Assembly (NCBI GenBank): GCA_963789635.1
Contig: CAWBLF010000003.1
Span: forward strand, 67,388 to 131,387
Origin: an uncultured bacterium
Lineage (GTDB): Bacteria > Patescibacteriota > Minisyncoccia > Phycocordibacterales > Zambryskibacteraceae
Direction: 5' to 3'
DNA: 64,000 nt
The notes beneath the pieces were generated by a model that was not told where the DNA came from, did no database searches, and was given only the letters and a program-made list of their open reading frames with translations. How positions within the stretch are numbered: the first letter of the stretch is position 1; each line of letters opens with the position of its first letter. Shown here in pieces: positions 37,175 through 47,509 of this stretch. The position numbers were made by a program, and so were the translations under genes.

Positions 37175-38254
37175 ATGTCCAAGTCATCAAAAAAGGAAAA
37201 CCACGTAGCTTTATACCGCAAATATAGACCGGAGACTTTTAAAGACGTCATCGGTCAGGACCAGGTGGTATCTGTGCTTGAGGCGGCGATAAAAAATAAA
37301 AGTATTTCGCACGCCTATCTTTTTGCCGGTTCGCGCGGAACGGGCAAGACATCGGTGGCTCGCATTGTGGCGCGCGAGATTGGCTGTAAGGCAAATGACT
37401 TGTATGAAATAGACGCGGCGTCAAACCGTGGCATAGACGATGTGAGAGAAATAAAAGAATCGGTTGGGACAACGCCTTTTGAATCACCATATAAGGTTTA
37501 TATTATTGACGAGGTGCATATGCTCACCAAAGAAGCGTTTAACGCGTTGCTCAAAACTTTGGAAGAACCGCCTTCATACGTCGTATTTATTTTGGCTACA
37601 ACCGAAATAGACAAAATCCCCGAAACTGTGCTTTCACGATGCCAAGTATTTCAGTTCAAAAAACCATCGGAGGCGATGCTCAAAGAGGTAGTACTATCCG
37701 TGGCAAAACAAGAAGGATTTGCCATAGAAACCTCAGCCGCCGAGCTCATCGCTCTGCTTGGAGATGGTTCATTCAGGGATACTCAAGGAACGCTTCAAAA
37801 AGTATTGGGTCTTTCGTCGGACAAGAAAGTCAGTCTTGCGGAAGTGGAAAAAATCACAGGCGCTCCTCGCAACACACTGGTGAATGAATTTGTCAGTGCA
37901 GTGTCCGCTTCGGATGTCGGCGCGGCTCTTGAGACACTAAGTAAAGTGACAGAAGGGAATACTGATGTAAAAATGTTTCTCAAACTGGGGTTAATGAAAA
38001 TGCGCTACGTTCTTCTCCTTAAATACGCCAAGGAAATGGAAAAAGTGATTAAAGAAAAAGTTTCGTCGGATGATTTCAAATTACTTTTAAAATTGTCCAG
38101 CGAAAAAAGTAGCGGTATCAATTCTATTCTTCTATATGAACTGCTCGGTGCTTATGATATGGTGAGTCGCACCCAGATTCCGGAGTTACCAATAGAGCTT
38201 GCATTAGTAAAAACACTTTCAACTCACAACCAACAACCGACAACGAATTCGTAA
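37175..38254 (+). CDS. dnaX: DNA polymerase III subunit gamma/tau
   Basis: LYRKYRP.TF..VIGQ, GSRGTGKTS, EIDAASNRG, IIDEVHML, LSRC. Confidence 0.96.
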   Translation: MSKSSKKENHVALYRKYRPETFKDVIGQDQVVSVLEAAIKNKSISHAYLFAGSRGTGKTSVARIVAREIGCKANDLYEIDAASNRGIDDVREIKESVGTTPFESPYKVYIIDEVHMLTKEAFNALLKTLEEPPSYVVFILATTEIDKIPETVLSRCQVFQFKKPSEAMLKEVVLSVAKQEGFAIETSAAELIALLGDGSFRDTQGTLQKVLGLSSDKKVSLAEVEKITGAPRNTLVNEFVSAVSASDVGAALETLSKVTEGNTDVKMFLKLGLMKMRYVLLLKYAKEMEKVIKEKVSSDDFKLLLKLSSEKSSGINSILLYELLGAYDMVSRTQIPELPIELALVKTLSTHNQQPTTNS

Positions 38255-38316
38255 TCCGTTTCTTTTATCTCCATTTTATTGTAAGTTGTAGGTTGTCTGT
38301 TGTTTGTTTTATACAT

Positions 38317-38390
38317 TGCGGGATCGTCTAAAGGTAGGACATATGCCTTTGAAGCATAGTATCTTGGTTCGATTCCAAGTCCCGCAGCCA
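38317..38390 (+). tRNA. tRNA-Gln(TTG)
   Basis: TGCGGGA/TCCCGCA acceptor, TATGC-CT-TTG-AA-GCATA, GGTTCGATTCC, CCA. Confidence 0.95.
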
Positions 38391-38459
38391 ACTTGAGATA
38401 GGTTATTGTGCTCGGGATGCGTCGATAATCTTTCGTAACTATTTTGTTATAATAAAGTT

Positions 38460-39203
38460 ATGAATTCTAGTAAGATAAAAATTGCTGTTATAACTGGATC
38501 AAGTAGTGGAATAGGTAAGGCTATTACTGAGTTATTGATTGAAAATAAGTATAAGGTTTATGGAATTTCTCGTGAAGAAAGTGTGATAAATAATCCAAAT
38601 TTTACTCAAATTAAAGCAGATTTGCTCGACTTAACTTTTTATGAAAAGGTAGCAGATCTTATTAATGAACCCTACATTGATATACTTATTAATAATGCTG
38701 GAATAATAACTAAACAAAAAGGTTTAGAATTCACAGAAGATATTTTTAAGAAAACATTTGGTACTAATTTTAAAGCCTCCATTCTTCTTACTCAAGCTAT
38801 GAAGAATAAATTAAATAATAGCTTAGTGATAAATATCTCTTCTGTATCGGATAGATTGGTTGGTGAAGAGTCTGGTATTTATTGTGCTTCTAAGTCAGCG
38901 TTGAATAAATATTTTGAAACAATCGCACTAGAAGAAAAGACAATAAAATTCGTTAGTATTCTACCTAGTTATGTGGATACACCACTTTTGCATAGATTAG
39001 AGGATGGGAACGATTTTAATTGGAGTGAGGTGATTAAACCTGAACAGATTGCTCTTCTAATAAAAAAGATTGTTGGTGAAGAAATTAAAGTTTCTTCAGG
39101 TGCGAAAATAATTGTTGTAACTGAAGCTTTAAAAGAAGATCTAGAGTATGACGAGGATATATGGGGCTATAATGTTGATTCTCAAGCTTTAACAAAATTA
39201 TAA
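38460..39203 (+). CDS. SDR oxidoreductase (AT-rich gene)
   Basis: TGSSSGIG, INNAG, NISS, YCASK. Confidence 0.88.
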   Translation: MNSSKIKIAVITGSSSGIGKAITELLIENKYKVYGISREESVINNPNFTQIKADLLDLTFYEKVADLINEPYIDILINNAGIITKQKGLEFTEDIFKKTFGTNFKASILLTQAMKNKLNNSLVINISSVSDRLVGEESGIYCASKSALNKYFETIALEEKTIKFVSILPSYVDTPLLHRLEDGNDFNWSEVIKPEQIALLIKKIVGEEIKVSSGAKIIVVTEALKEDLEYDEDIWGYNVDSQALTKL

Positions 39204-39213
39204 CTTTATTGAA

Positions 39214-39236
39214 TTGCCGAGGCTTAACCTCGGCAA
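39214..39236. repeat. REP-like palindrome
   Basis: TTGCCGAGG-CTTAA-CCTCGGCAA; reverse-orientation copies at 42562 and 47303. Confidence 0.8.
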
Positions 39237-39292
39237 ATTGATAGATTAAAGCCCCGTGACATACGGGGCTCTAGGGTGTAGGCATATTGGAA

Positions 39293-39634
39293 CTAATTAT
39301 TCCGGATTTGATCAAGTGGGGGGCGTGAATTATGGATCAGTTCCTCAAGCATTTCCAACTCTTCATTCAGATCGTTTTCATCTTGGATTTCTTCCAATAA
39401 ATCATCGATAATATTACGGTTCGAAGGAAGCGCAGAAAGTGCAAGTTGATTTTCGAGGAAATCCCTTTCTTCGCTGGACAGGGTATTTTCTTCGAAAGCA
39501 AAATCAATCTCAATTTTGCCAGTCTGCTTTGACCCGAAATCAGGACTTTCTGTTCCGTTTGCGAATACAATACAAGCGTGTCCGCCACAATCTTTGCATA
39601 TTTTAAGATATGCTGACTTCCTTATCTTTCCCAT
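39293..39634 (-). CDS. Hypothetical protein with CxxC motif and acidic C-terminus
   Basis: GAGG RBS before ATG 39634; ICKDCGGHAC. Confidence 0.55.
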   Translation of the reverse strand: MGKIRKSAYLKICKDCGGHACIVFANGTESPDFGSKQTGKIEIDFAFEENTLSSEERDFLENQLALSALPSNRNIIDDLLEEIQDENDLNEELEMLEELIHNSRPPLDQIRNN

Positions 39635-40017
39635 ATGCAGCCTCGTTTTTGAATGTGATACATAATTTCTGTTTATCAGATTAACACAACAGTTAGATAA
39701 TGTAAATATGGGAAATTCCACCGATAGAGCGCGAGTAAAACATTATTGTCAAATAACGACGGCAAAATAGTCGCCGTTATGATGGAGATAGTGGTTCGGC
39801 CATAGACGAGTCTGTGGCCATTTTGCCTTTAAAATGAGGCTTATTTCAGCGTTCAAATTTAATACCTGTATTGCGAGCGATTTATAGTGAAAAAATTTTA
39901 GAAATATTAACTAATAACAAAATCCAGTGAGATAATTCAGCTACGTTTGAAAGCGGCTTAAGTAAAGGTGCTGACATTGGAGACTCAAATTATTATTAAT
40001 AACCAAACAAAAATAAT

Positions 40018-40947
40018 ATGAAAACAAAAATCGTAATAATACTGACGCTAATGTTTTGGCTTAGCTTTAGTGGTTTTGTGTATGCGCAAGGTAAAGGGAG
40101 TGGAGGATCTTCAGGAGGGTCTTCCGGTGGTGCTATTCAGGTAGGAGGTAGTGGTCAGGGTCTACAAGGTGGGGCAGTGGTCAACACGACTTCTGTTGTC
40201 ACTCCGTCCAGCGGGACTCAAGACCAAATCCGTCTTCAAGACAGAGATCAGATCAGGGATCCGAGTACCCACGATGGCACTGTCCCAATTCAAGATCGTG
40301 ATATGACCCAAACTAGGGATCGTTTGTATTTAAACAGCACCACTTCTACAACTACCAGTACCACCACAGCTGGTGATCAATTGCAAGATAGAGACAGGAT
40401 ACGCGACAGGGATATGATACACATCAATCCTGAAAGTGTGCCCGTTCCCGCCGGTTCGGTACTGCAGTTGAGACAAATGATACAAACACGCTCCGGTCAG
40501 CTTGATCAAGAAGTGGCGACAAGTACAGCTTCTGAACAAGAAACCATTAAAAATCAAAATCGGGTGAGATTGGCGGTCAATACCATGCTCTCCGCCCAAA
40601 CTCTTTTGGGAGGTATTGGTCTTCAGGTTTCAAATATTGCCAAACAAATAGATAATTCGCTACAAGTCACTGTAAACGCAGAAGATAGGATTCAAAATAG
40701 AAGCGCGCTCGCCAGAATATTTATGGGGGGTGATAGCGCAAACGCTAATGCGATAAAACAAGAAGTCGAACAAAATCAGACACGCATCCAACAGCTAACA
40801 CAGCTTATAAATCAAGCCAACGTTTCGAGTGATGTTAAGACTGTTCTGCAAGCACAGATACAAAATATGACGGCCGAGCAAACGCGTCTGCAGAATTTGG
40901 CAAACCAGCAACTTGGTCAATGGGGCATATTTAGTTGGAGATTCTAA
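40018..40947 (+). CDS. Secreted coiled-coil protein with QDRD repeats
   Basis: Signal peptide, Gly/Ser linker, QDRDQ/QDRDR repeats, Gln-rich helix. Confidence 0.75.
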   Translation: MKTKIVIILTLMFWLSFSGFVYAQGKGSGGSSGGSSGGAIQVGGSGQGLQGGAVVNTTSVVTPSSGTQDQIRLQDRDQIRDPSTHDGTVPIQDRDMTQTRDRLYLNSTTSTTTSTTTAGDQLQDRDRIRDRDMIHINPESVPVPAGSVLQLRQMIQTRSGQLDQEVATSTASEQETIKNQNRVRLAVNTMLSAQTLLGGIGLQVSNIAKQIDNSLQVTVNAEDRIQNRSALARIFMGGDSANANAIKQEVEQNQTRIQQLTQLINQANVSSDVKTVLQAQIQNMTAEQTRLQNLANQQLGQWGIFSWRF

Positions 40948-40988
40948 AACTAACTACCGAGGAGACTCCTCGGTAGATTAGGGTATGT

Positions 40989-42164
40989 CTAGGGGTTGGT
41001 TGAACTTCCTGTTGTAGGCGTGGAGGAAGAATATTGTCCAGATGTTTGCGTGTCAACGCCACCTTGTTGTTGAGTGTCGTTTTGACTTTGTTGTTGTCCA
41101 CCTTGCCAGTTGCCCATTTTTTGGAAGACTGCCTGACATTCGGCTTGGTGACTCACCACACTGCAGTAGGCATCGCAACTTTGTTGTGAATTACAGCCTC
41201 CCGGGCCAGCAATGTTTTGCTCATTACCATTTTGTTGGCCGTTGTTTTGATTGCCATTTTGTTGATTGCCGTTTTGGTTGCCTCCTTGCCAGTTGCCCAT
41301 TTTTTGGAAGACTGCCTGACATTCGGCTTGGTGACTCACCACACTGCAGTAGGCATCGCAACTTTGTTGTGAATTACAGCCACCAGGACCTTGGAAATTG
41401 TTGTGAATCTGGGCATTTTGCGTCATGGCACTATCAAACCCCATTAATTGCGTAAACACGGTGCATTCTGCGCCGTGACTGGGATCACTGCAATAAGATT
41501 CGCATGCTGAAAATTCGCTACAACCGTTTGGTGTTTTTCCTTGTTGGACCAAGGTGTTAAATTTTTGCAAAACCTCCGGACTGACATTGTCCAAACCTCC
41601 TTGTCCGGTAGGATTTATATTTAAACCGATAGCTTTAAATGTTTGCATGCACGCATCCATATGGGCCGGATTTGAACAATATGTTTGACAAGAGGATTTT
41701 GAGGTGCAGTTGCCAGGCATTTGGCCACCACTTTGTAGATATTTCAAAACTTTTTTACCTTCCGTGAGGTCAGGCGTGGTGAAGCCGTTTTTCTGGGCGA
41801 AATTCAGACAAGTCGAAAGGTTGCTGATGGTAGAGCAATAAGCATCACAAGCGTCGGCAGAATCGCATCCACCCGGGCCGTTGCCGTGTGTCAAGAGCGC
41901 AGCATACTGGCTCGCTGTCGACGCTTCATCGGCTGTTATCATGCCGTGTTCCTTGGCGAAGTTTGCACAGGCAGGAATATTGGCGGCGATATCACAGTAA
42001 GCATGGCACGAAGTCTGATCGGTGCAGTTGCCGAGCGCGGCAACAGGGAAGCTAATGCCGTTTTGATTCCCTGAATTTTGCGCCAATACCCTTTGGGAAG
42101 TAAAAAAACTACTTAAAATCATCGCACAAATAAGCAAAACTTTTATTGTTTTAGTGTTTTTCAT
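40989..42164 (-). CDS. Secreted Cys-rich repeat protein
   Basis: Signal peptide; six units of G.C.....C..YC......C. Confidence 0.8.
   Translation of the reverse strand: MKNTKTIKVLLICAMILSSFFTSQRVLAQNSGNQNGISFPVAALGNCTDQTSCHAYCDIAANIPACANFAKEHGMITADEASTASQYAALLTHGNGPGGCDSADACDAYCSTISNLSTCLNFAQKNGFTTPDLTEGKKVLKYLQSGGQMPGNCTSKSSCQTYCSNPAHMDACMQTFKAIGLNINPTGQGGLDNVSPEVLQKFNTLVQQGKTPNGCSEFSACESYCSDPSHGAECTVFTQLMGFDSAMTQNAQIHNNFQGPGGCNSQQSCDAYCSVVSHQAECQAVFQKMGNWQGGNQNGNQQNGNQNNGQQNGNEQNIAGPGGCNSQQSCDAYCSVVSHQAECQAVFQKMGNWQGGQQQSQNDTQQQGGVDTQTSGQYSSSTPTTGSSTNP
41101..41381. repeat. Exact 98-bp intragenic duplication
   Basis: 41101-41198 equals 41284-41381. Confidence 0.9.
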
Positions 42165-42183
42165 TTTTAAGCGAGTTTAGTTT

Positions 42184-42435
42184 TTAAAATGGATTTTTGT
42201 AAACGCTTTGGATTGGATTTACCACAGGATTAACAGACGAAGGTGTGCTTGATCCCGTTTGCGTCGTAGTCGAAGCGACACTCTGTGTCGCTTGGGAGGT
42301 GGTCGCTTCCGCGTTATTAGCCGTGGGAGTCTGCGAGCCGGGTAAAGAATTCATATAAATGACAATACCAACAATTATAACGACAACTACCGCAACGGCG
42401 ATAATTATTTCTTTTTTTGGTGAAGTCTGTTGCAT
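42184..42435 (-). CDS. Small membrane-anchored Ser/Thr-rich protein
   Basis: TM helix, C-terminal NP...YKNPF. Confidence 0.7.
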   Translation of the reverse strand: MQQTSPKKEIIIAVAVVVVIIVGIVIYMNSLPGSQTPTANNAEATTSQATQSVASTTTQTGSSTPSSVNPVVNPIQSVYKNPF

Positions 42436-42561
42436 ATATTATTACGAATTTATTAAAACTTAACTCTAAGCTTCTAATTATATAATAATAAATTTATTGT
42501 AAACTAACACTCTCTTTTCAACACTATCGTTTTACAATTTTATCAGAATTTGGTTTGATTT

Positions 42562-42582
42562 TGCCGAGGTTAAGCCTCGGCA
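42562..42582. repeat. REP-like palindrome
   Basis: TGCCGAGG-TTAAG-CCTCGGCA. Confidence 0.8.
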
Positions 42583-42619
42583 GAATCTGGAAATGAAAAA
42601 ATTCTGATACAATCTAAGT

Positions 42620-44965
42620 ATGAAGGAAGAAACGCCAATTTACACACTAAACGGACTAAACGAAACGGAAGTCGCAGGATTGCGAGCCAAATACGGGTAC
42701 AACGAACTGCCGGCTCCACATGAAAACGCATTACTTTCGTATCTGAAAAATTTTTGGGGGCCGTTGCCGTGGCTCATGGAGCTTTTGGTTTTTTTAAGCT
42801 TTTTTTCAGGTCAGCGAATAGAAGGAGGGGTAATCGCCTTGTTACTTTTTTTAAATAGTCTGGTGAGCAGTATGCAGAGAAGAACCTCCGATGCTGCGCT
42901 TGCGACGTTGGTAAAAAATCTGAGTGTCTCCGCCAGAGTAAAAAGAAATGGAAATTGGCAAAGTATACAGACTAGGGAGCTTCTACCCGGGGATATCATA
43001 AGAGTGAGGACAGGAGACATAGTCCCGGCTGACGCCAAGATCGTGGAGGGAAATATTAGCGTGGATGTATCAAGTCTGACCGGGGAATCACTTCCAAAGG
43101 ACGTAGCCTCCGGTGACGACATTTTTTCTGGGAGTGTGGTAAGGCGTGGAGAAGCCACTGCTCAAGTGACTTCCATCGGAATTTCTACAGCATATGGCAA
43201 GACGGCGGAACTACTGGAAACATCACATCCGCCGACTCATATGGAAAAGATTATATTCAGCATCATCAAGTATTTATTTTTCCTGAATCTTTTTTTGGCA
43301 TTTGTAATCATCGTATTCGGCATTGCTGTGCACGCAGAAGAAACAGAGATAATTAATTTTGTCATAGTGTTACTCTTGACCTCGGTGCCGGTAGCTTTTC
43401 CGACAATGTTTGCTGTCGCCCAAAGTTATGGAGCACTTGACCTTGCCAAAAGTAAGGACAAAGGGGTTCTGGTTCACAGACTTGCGGCTGTTCAGGAATT
43501 TGCCATGGTGGATGTGCTTTGCAGTGATAAGACAGGAACACTGACAAAAAATGAATTGAAGGTTGTCAGCGTTCAATCCTATGGAACTTTTGAACAAGAT
43601 GATGTGTTGTCCTTTGCGATGGTGGCAAGCGACGAAGCTGACAAGGATTCCATAGATGAAGCAATTTTCGAAGAAGCCAAAAGTAGAAACATCACGTCGC
43701 CAGCGAAGAAAAATTTCAAACCGTTTGATCCGATAACAAAAAGAACGGAGGCGGATATGGTTTCCAAAAATGGCGAAAATGTTCACATCCTTATGGGTTT
43801 GCCTGAATTGTTGCTTAATTCCGAAATACCAAATCATGATGATATTAAAAATGATGTTTTGAAATTGAGCGAAAAGGGTTTGAGGGTGGTGGCCGTGGTG
43901 ATAGAAGATGGAGCTCTTGGCACGCAGTGCGCCGGAATCATCGCTTTGGCGGACCCGATACGAGATGACGCTTCGGAGATGCTCCAAGAGCTCAAGGAAC
44001 TTGGCATCAGAGTGGTAATGATAACTGGCGATGGGCTTGCCACAGCGCGAACAGTAGCGTCAGAACTCGGTCTTTCCGGTAAGGTAATCACCGCGTCTGA
44101 ATTGAAAAATAATCCGGAAGAGGCGGTGGAAGCTTCGGTTTTTGCCGAGGCATATCCGGAAGACAAACTGACTATTATCAGAGCTTTTCAGCGCACTGGG
44201 CACACAGTGGCAATGACGGGTGATGGGGTCAATGATGCGCCGGCACTGAGACAGGCCGAAGTGGGGATAGCGGTTTTGGGAGCCACAGATGTGGCAAAAC
44301 AGTCTGCAAGCTTTATTCTGACAAGCTCGGGGCTTGAGGGAGTGGTACGAGCCGTAAAAGTCAGTCGTAGCGTGTATGCCAGACTGAGAACTTGGGCGCT
44401 CAATAAGATATTGAAATCATTTGAAGTATCCTTTTTTACAACGATTATATTTTTTATTACAAAATCATACATATTGACTCCACTTCTTGCGGTGCTACTC
44501 ATTTTTGCAAATGATTTTGTTACCATATCCATAGCAACCGATAACACAAAGCCGGTGGATTATCCCGGACACTGGCATATCGGAAGTTTTATTCTGGGTG
44601 TGGCGGTTTTGTCGATAGCTCCACTACTTATTTTGTGGCCGACGTACTTCTTTACTCAATGGCAAGGATTTTCACTTGATGTCACACGAACCGCGGTGTA
44701 CCTGGCTTTAATCGTATACGGCAAGGCCAATTTGTACGGACTTCGTGCGTGGCCACACGCTTGGAATGTGCGTCCAAGCCGCACACTGGTATTGGCAACA
44801 TCTTTTTCTGTTATTTTTGCCGCTACTATATCCGGTTTTGGTGTTTTGATTGCGCCAGTGCCGATGATGTATATATTGCTAGTTTTGGCCGCGGGAATCG
44901 TCAATTTCTTTTTTATCGATTTCATCAAGCATACTCGTTTATTGAAAAAACTTTTGGCGTATTAG
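42620..44965 (+). CDS. P-type ATPase, plasma-membrane H+-efflux (P3A) type
   Basis: FWGPLPW.ME, LTGES, VPVAFP, CSDKTGTLT, MITGD, MTGDGVNDAPAL, M6 ANDFVTISIATD. Confidence 0.85.
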   Translation: MKEETPIYTLNGLNETEVAGLRAKYGYNELPAPHENALLSYLKNFWGPLPWLMELLVFLSFFSGQRIEGGVIALLLFLNSLVSSMQRRTSDAALATLVKNLSVSARVKRNGNWQSIQTRELLPGDIIRVRTGDIVPADAKIVEGNISVDVSSLTGESLPKDVASGDDIFSGSVVRRGEATAQVTSIGISTAYGKTAELLETSHPPTHMEKIIFSIIKYLFFLNLFLAFVIIVFGIAVHAEETEIINFVIVLLLTSVPVAFPTMFAVAQSYGALDLAKSKDKGVLVHRLAAVQEFAMVDVLCSDKTGTLTKNELKVVSVQSYGTFEQDDVLSFAMVASDEADKDSIDEAIFEEAKSRNITSPAKKNFKPFDPITKRTEADMVSKNGENVHILMGLPELLLNSEIPNHDDIKNDVLKLSEKGLRVVAVVIEDGALGTQCAGIIALADPIRDDASEMLQELKELGIRVVMITGDGLATARTVASELGLSGKVITASELKNNPEEAVEASVFAEAYPEDKLTIIRAFQRTGHTVAMTGDGVNDAPALRQAEVGIAVLGATDVAKQSASFILTSSGLEGVVRAVKVSRSVYARLRTWALNKILKSFEVSFFTTIIFFITKSYILTPLLAVLLIFANDFVTISIATDNTKPVDYPGHWHIGSFILGVAVLSIAPLLILWPTYFFTQWQGFSLDVTRTAVYLALIVYGKANLYGLRAWPHAWNVRPSRTLVLATSFSVIFAATISGFGVLIAPVPMMYILLVLAAGIVNFFFIDFIKHTRLLKKLLAY

Positions 44966-45017
44966 GTTTTTGTTTGGCCCAGATAAGGCTAGTTGGACTT
45001 TGTGATACGATTTACAG

Positions 45018-45422
45018 ATGAAACAAAATATAATTGTAAGGATTCAAGAGCTCAATCTGCCTGAAGGGCAATATATGGTTTGTGGAAGCGCTATCCTTGA
45101 ATTATTTGGAATCCGAAATGCAGAGGACATAGACCTCCTTGTTTCTCCGGAACTTTTTGCGGAGCTTGAGTCAATTCGTGGATGGATTCGCAATCCAAAG
45201 TATCCGACTGGGATAGATTCACTTGACCAGAAGGCAGGAGCAAAGCAGAGTCTTGATTTTATGAAGGAGAACTATAATTTAGAAGAGTTGCTTCCCAATG
45301 CATATTTACATGATGGAATTCATTTTATGAGTCTTGAAATGTTAATGGAAGCAAAAATTCAACTTGGTCGCGAAAAAGATCTTCAAGATATTAAACTCAT
45401 TGCCGAGTATCTTTCTATATAA
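45018..45422 (+). CDS. Nucleotidyltransferase-like hypothetical protein
   Basis: GSAIL..FGIR.A.DIDL, C-terminal K..LGREKD..DI.LI. Confidence 0.65.
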   Translation: MKQNIIVRIQELNLPEGQYMVCGSAILELFGIRNAEDIDLLVSPELFAELESIRGWIRNPKYPTGIDSLDQKAGAKQSLDFMKENYNLEELLPNAYLHDGIHFMSLEMLMEAKIQLGREKDLQDIKLIAEYLSI

Positions 45423-45431
45423 TTCACAAAT

Positions 45432-45944
45432 ATGACGGGAGAAATAAACACAAACTCAAATACTCGGGAAAAAAGAATTGATTTATTTTTTCGTGTGGGC
45501 ATTTTTCTCAAAGGATTGTTTTCTTTGACCGAAGTGACTGCCGGAATATTGGCGTTTTTCATACCAGCTTCCAGCGTGACCACAATTATCATCAATTTGG
45601 CGCAAGGGGAGTTGTCCGAGGACCCAGGCGACTTTATCGCTTCGCATATTATTCCGTTTGCCCATCAGATTTCAATCGCTAGCGGAGTTTTTATTGCTTT
45701 TTATCTACTGAGCCGAGGCTTCATAAAACTTTTTTTGGTTTTTGCTCTTTTAAAAAATCAGCTTTGGGCTTATCCGAGTTCGCTCGTTGTTTTGTTTTTG
45801 TTCGTTTTGTATCAGCTTAGTCAGATAATTCAGACTTTTTCACTGTTACTTATTATTCTTACTGTTTTTGATTTTGTCGTTATGTGGCTTATATGGGCGG
45901 AATACAAAATAGTGAAAGAACATTTGAAAGCTCGACAATTGTAA
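45432..45944 (+). CDS. DUF2127-like membrane protein
   Basis: KG.....EV.AG, EL.EDP.DFIA, YLL..G..KL.LV..LL....WAYP. Confidence 0.75.
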   Translation: MTGEINTNSNTREKRIDLFFRVGIFLKGLFSLTEVTAGILAFFIPASSVTTIIINLAQGELSEDPGDFIASHIIPFAHQISIASGVFIAFYLLSRGFIKLFLVFALLKNQLWAYPSSLVVLFLFVLYQLSQIIQTFSLLLIILTVFDFVVMWLIWAEYKIVKEHLKARQL

Positions 45945-45979
45945 TTTGTGATTTAAAGTGTTTTGTAAATCCCAGTTAT

Positions 45980-47248
45980 TCAACCGTTGATAATGACTTT
46001 GGAAATGCCGTAGATACTCCTAATGGTGTAGTGCGAATTGAAACTAATGTCTTTACCATTTGCTATATATGGATCGCGCATTAAATAGTTGCCCCTACTA
46101 CCGCTCGTGAGGACGACAAAGTGCGTACCACCGTAGGCATGCAAACCTACCACTACAGGGTTGCCCGATTGCAAGGTGGCGTCTATCTTGGCGGTTTTTC
46201 GTGTCGCTGATATTCCGTCAACATAAATGGTGAACATAAGATACGCTGGATAATAAACGGCAAAGTTGTTCGGGTTTGAGTTTATAGTAACCGGAGTGAC
46301 ATCACGATAACCATAATGCGTCATTACCATAGCCATAGCGGTAACGAGACAGCCGTCACTGGCGAGATGGTAGCTGGTGCCATTTAAAGGGTCGTTGCCC
46401 CAAGCCGAGTCGCGTTGGTTGTAGTAACAGCCCCACGCGTCGCAACTGGTCTGGTTTGTGAGTAGTTTGGACCCGCCAGCGCTTTGGGTGAAAGTGGAGA
46501 AACTATTTAGTTCGGCTTTTGCTTGTACTATCAAATTTTGGTAAACAGATTCCTGCGCCTTCGTCTCTACCAATAATTGATTTTCCGACTGTTTCGTTTG
46601 ATTGAGAGAGATTTGTTGGGAGGTGAGCAATTTTTTCTGAGCAGTCAGATTGTCCTGCTGTTGTTTGGATGAAGCTTGTGATGAAGTAAGTTTGCTTTTT
46701 TGAGTTTTTAGTATTTGAGTACTGTTCCTTATAGAGTTTAGGATTTGCGTAATTGAATTGACGTCGTTCCATGCGTCATAGACATTGTCTGTTGAAAATA
46801 TCTGCAACAACATGGGTTGGGAGTCAATTTCCTGCAAACTTCTGATGCTGGAGGAAAGCGCCAAATTATTGGTAGAGATCGTCTGTTGTGTGTCCGCGAT
46901 GCCGGTGCCCAATTGTTCAATCTGCAACTGGGTGGCATTGATTTGGTGTTGGGTCAAAGCGATTTGGGCTTTCACTTTGTTTATTTGCAAATTGAGCGAG
47001 TTTATAGCGTCTTGTAGAGTTTTTTTATTATTGCCGATTTTTTGGAGTTCGACCTGATACTGCGCGATTTGCAGGTTGATAGCATTTATCTGCTGATTTT
47101 GGGCATCAATTTGGCTTTGCAAGTTGCTTGGGGTTGTCGCTGTCGTAGTAGTCAAAGCTAGGACGATGGATTCGTCCGGCAAAGATGTGGCAAAAAGAAA
47201 TATGGCAACAAAAAAAGATACTCCAAATATTTTGAAAAATATTTTCAC
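45980..47248 (-). CDS. Secreted coiled-coil protein with C-terminal C39-like cysteine peptidase
   Basis: PcsB/CwlO-like coiled coil; YYNQRD..W, GCLVTAMAM, HFVV, DP. Confidence 0.75.
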   Translation of the reverse strand: MKIFFKIFGVSFFVAIFLFATSLPDESIVLALTTTTATTPSNLQSQIDAQNQQINAINLQIAQYQVELQKIGNNKKTLQDAINSLNLQINKVKAQIALTQHQINATQLQIEQLGTGIADTQQTISTNNLALSSSIRSLQEIDSQPMLLQIFSTDNVYDAWNDVNSITQILNSIRNSTQILKTQKSKLTSSQASSKQQQDNLTAQKKLLTSQQISLNQTKQSENQLLVETKAQESVYQNLIVQAKAELNSFSTFTQSAGGSKLLTNQTSCDAWGCYYNQRDSAWGNDPLNGTSYHLASDGCLVTAMAMVMTHYGYRDVTPVTINSNPNNFAVYYPAYLMFTIYVDGISATRKTAKIDATLQSGNPVVVGLHAYGGTHFVVLTSGSRGNYLMRDPYIANGKDISFNSHYTIRSIYGISKVIING

Positions 47249-47300
47249 ATAGCTATTCTATCAGCATATCAGAAAGCATGAAACTCTTTGGTTATAAAAA

Positions 47301-47325
47301 TCTGCCGAGGTTAAGCCTCGGCAGA
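47301..47325. repeat. REP-like palindrome
   Basis: TCTGCCGAGG-TTAAG-CCTCGGCAGA. Confidence 0.8.
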
Positions 47326-47509
47326 GGGAAGGCAGATTGACATATATTATGAATAGTTGTTTATTTTGCTTAGATGGCATGGCATACAGACTTTGATTTT
47401 ATACAGAGGTTTTTACTTACCGGACAAAATGTCGTTTACTAGCTCTTGCGTTTGATATCATTGTTTTAACCCGTACAATACGATAGACTTTCTCTTTACC
47501 GATAATCAA

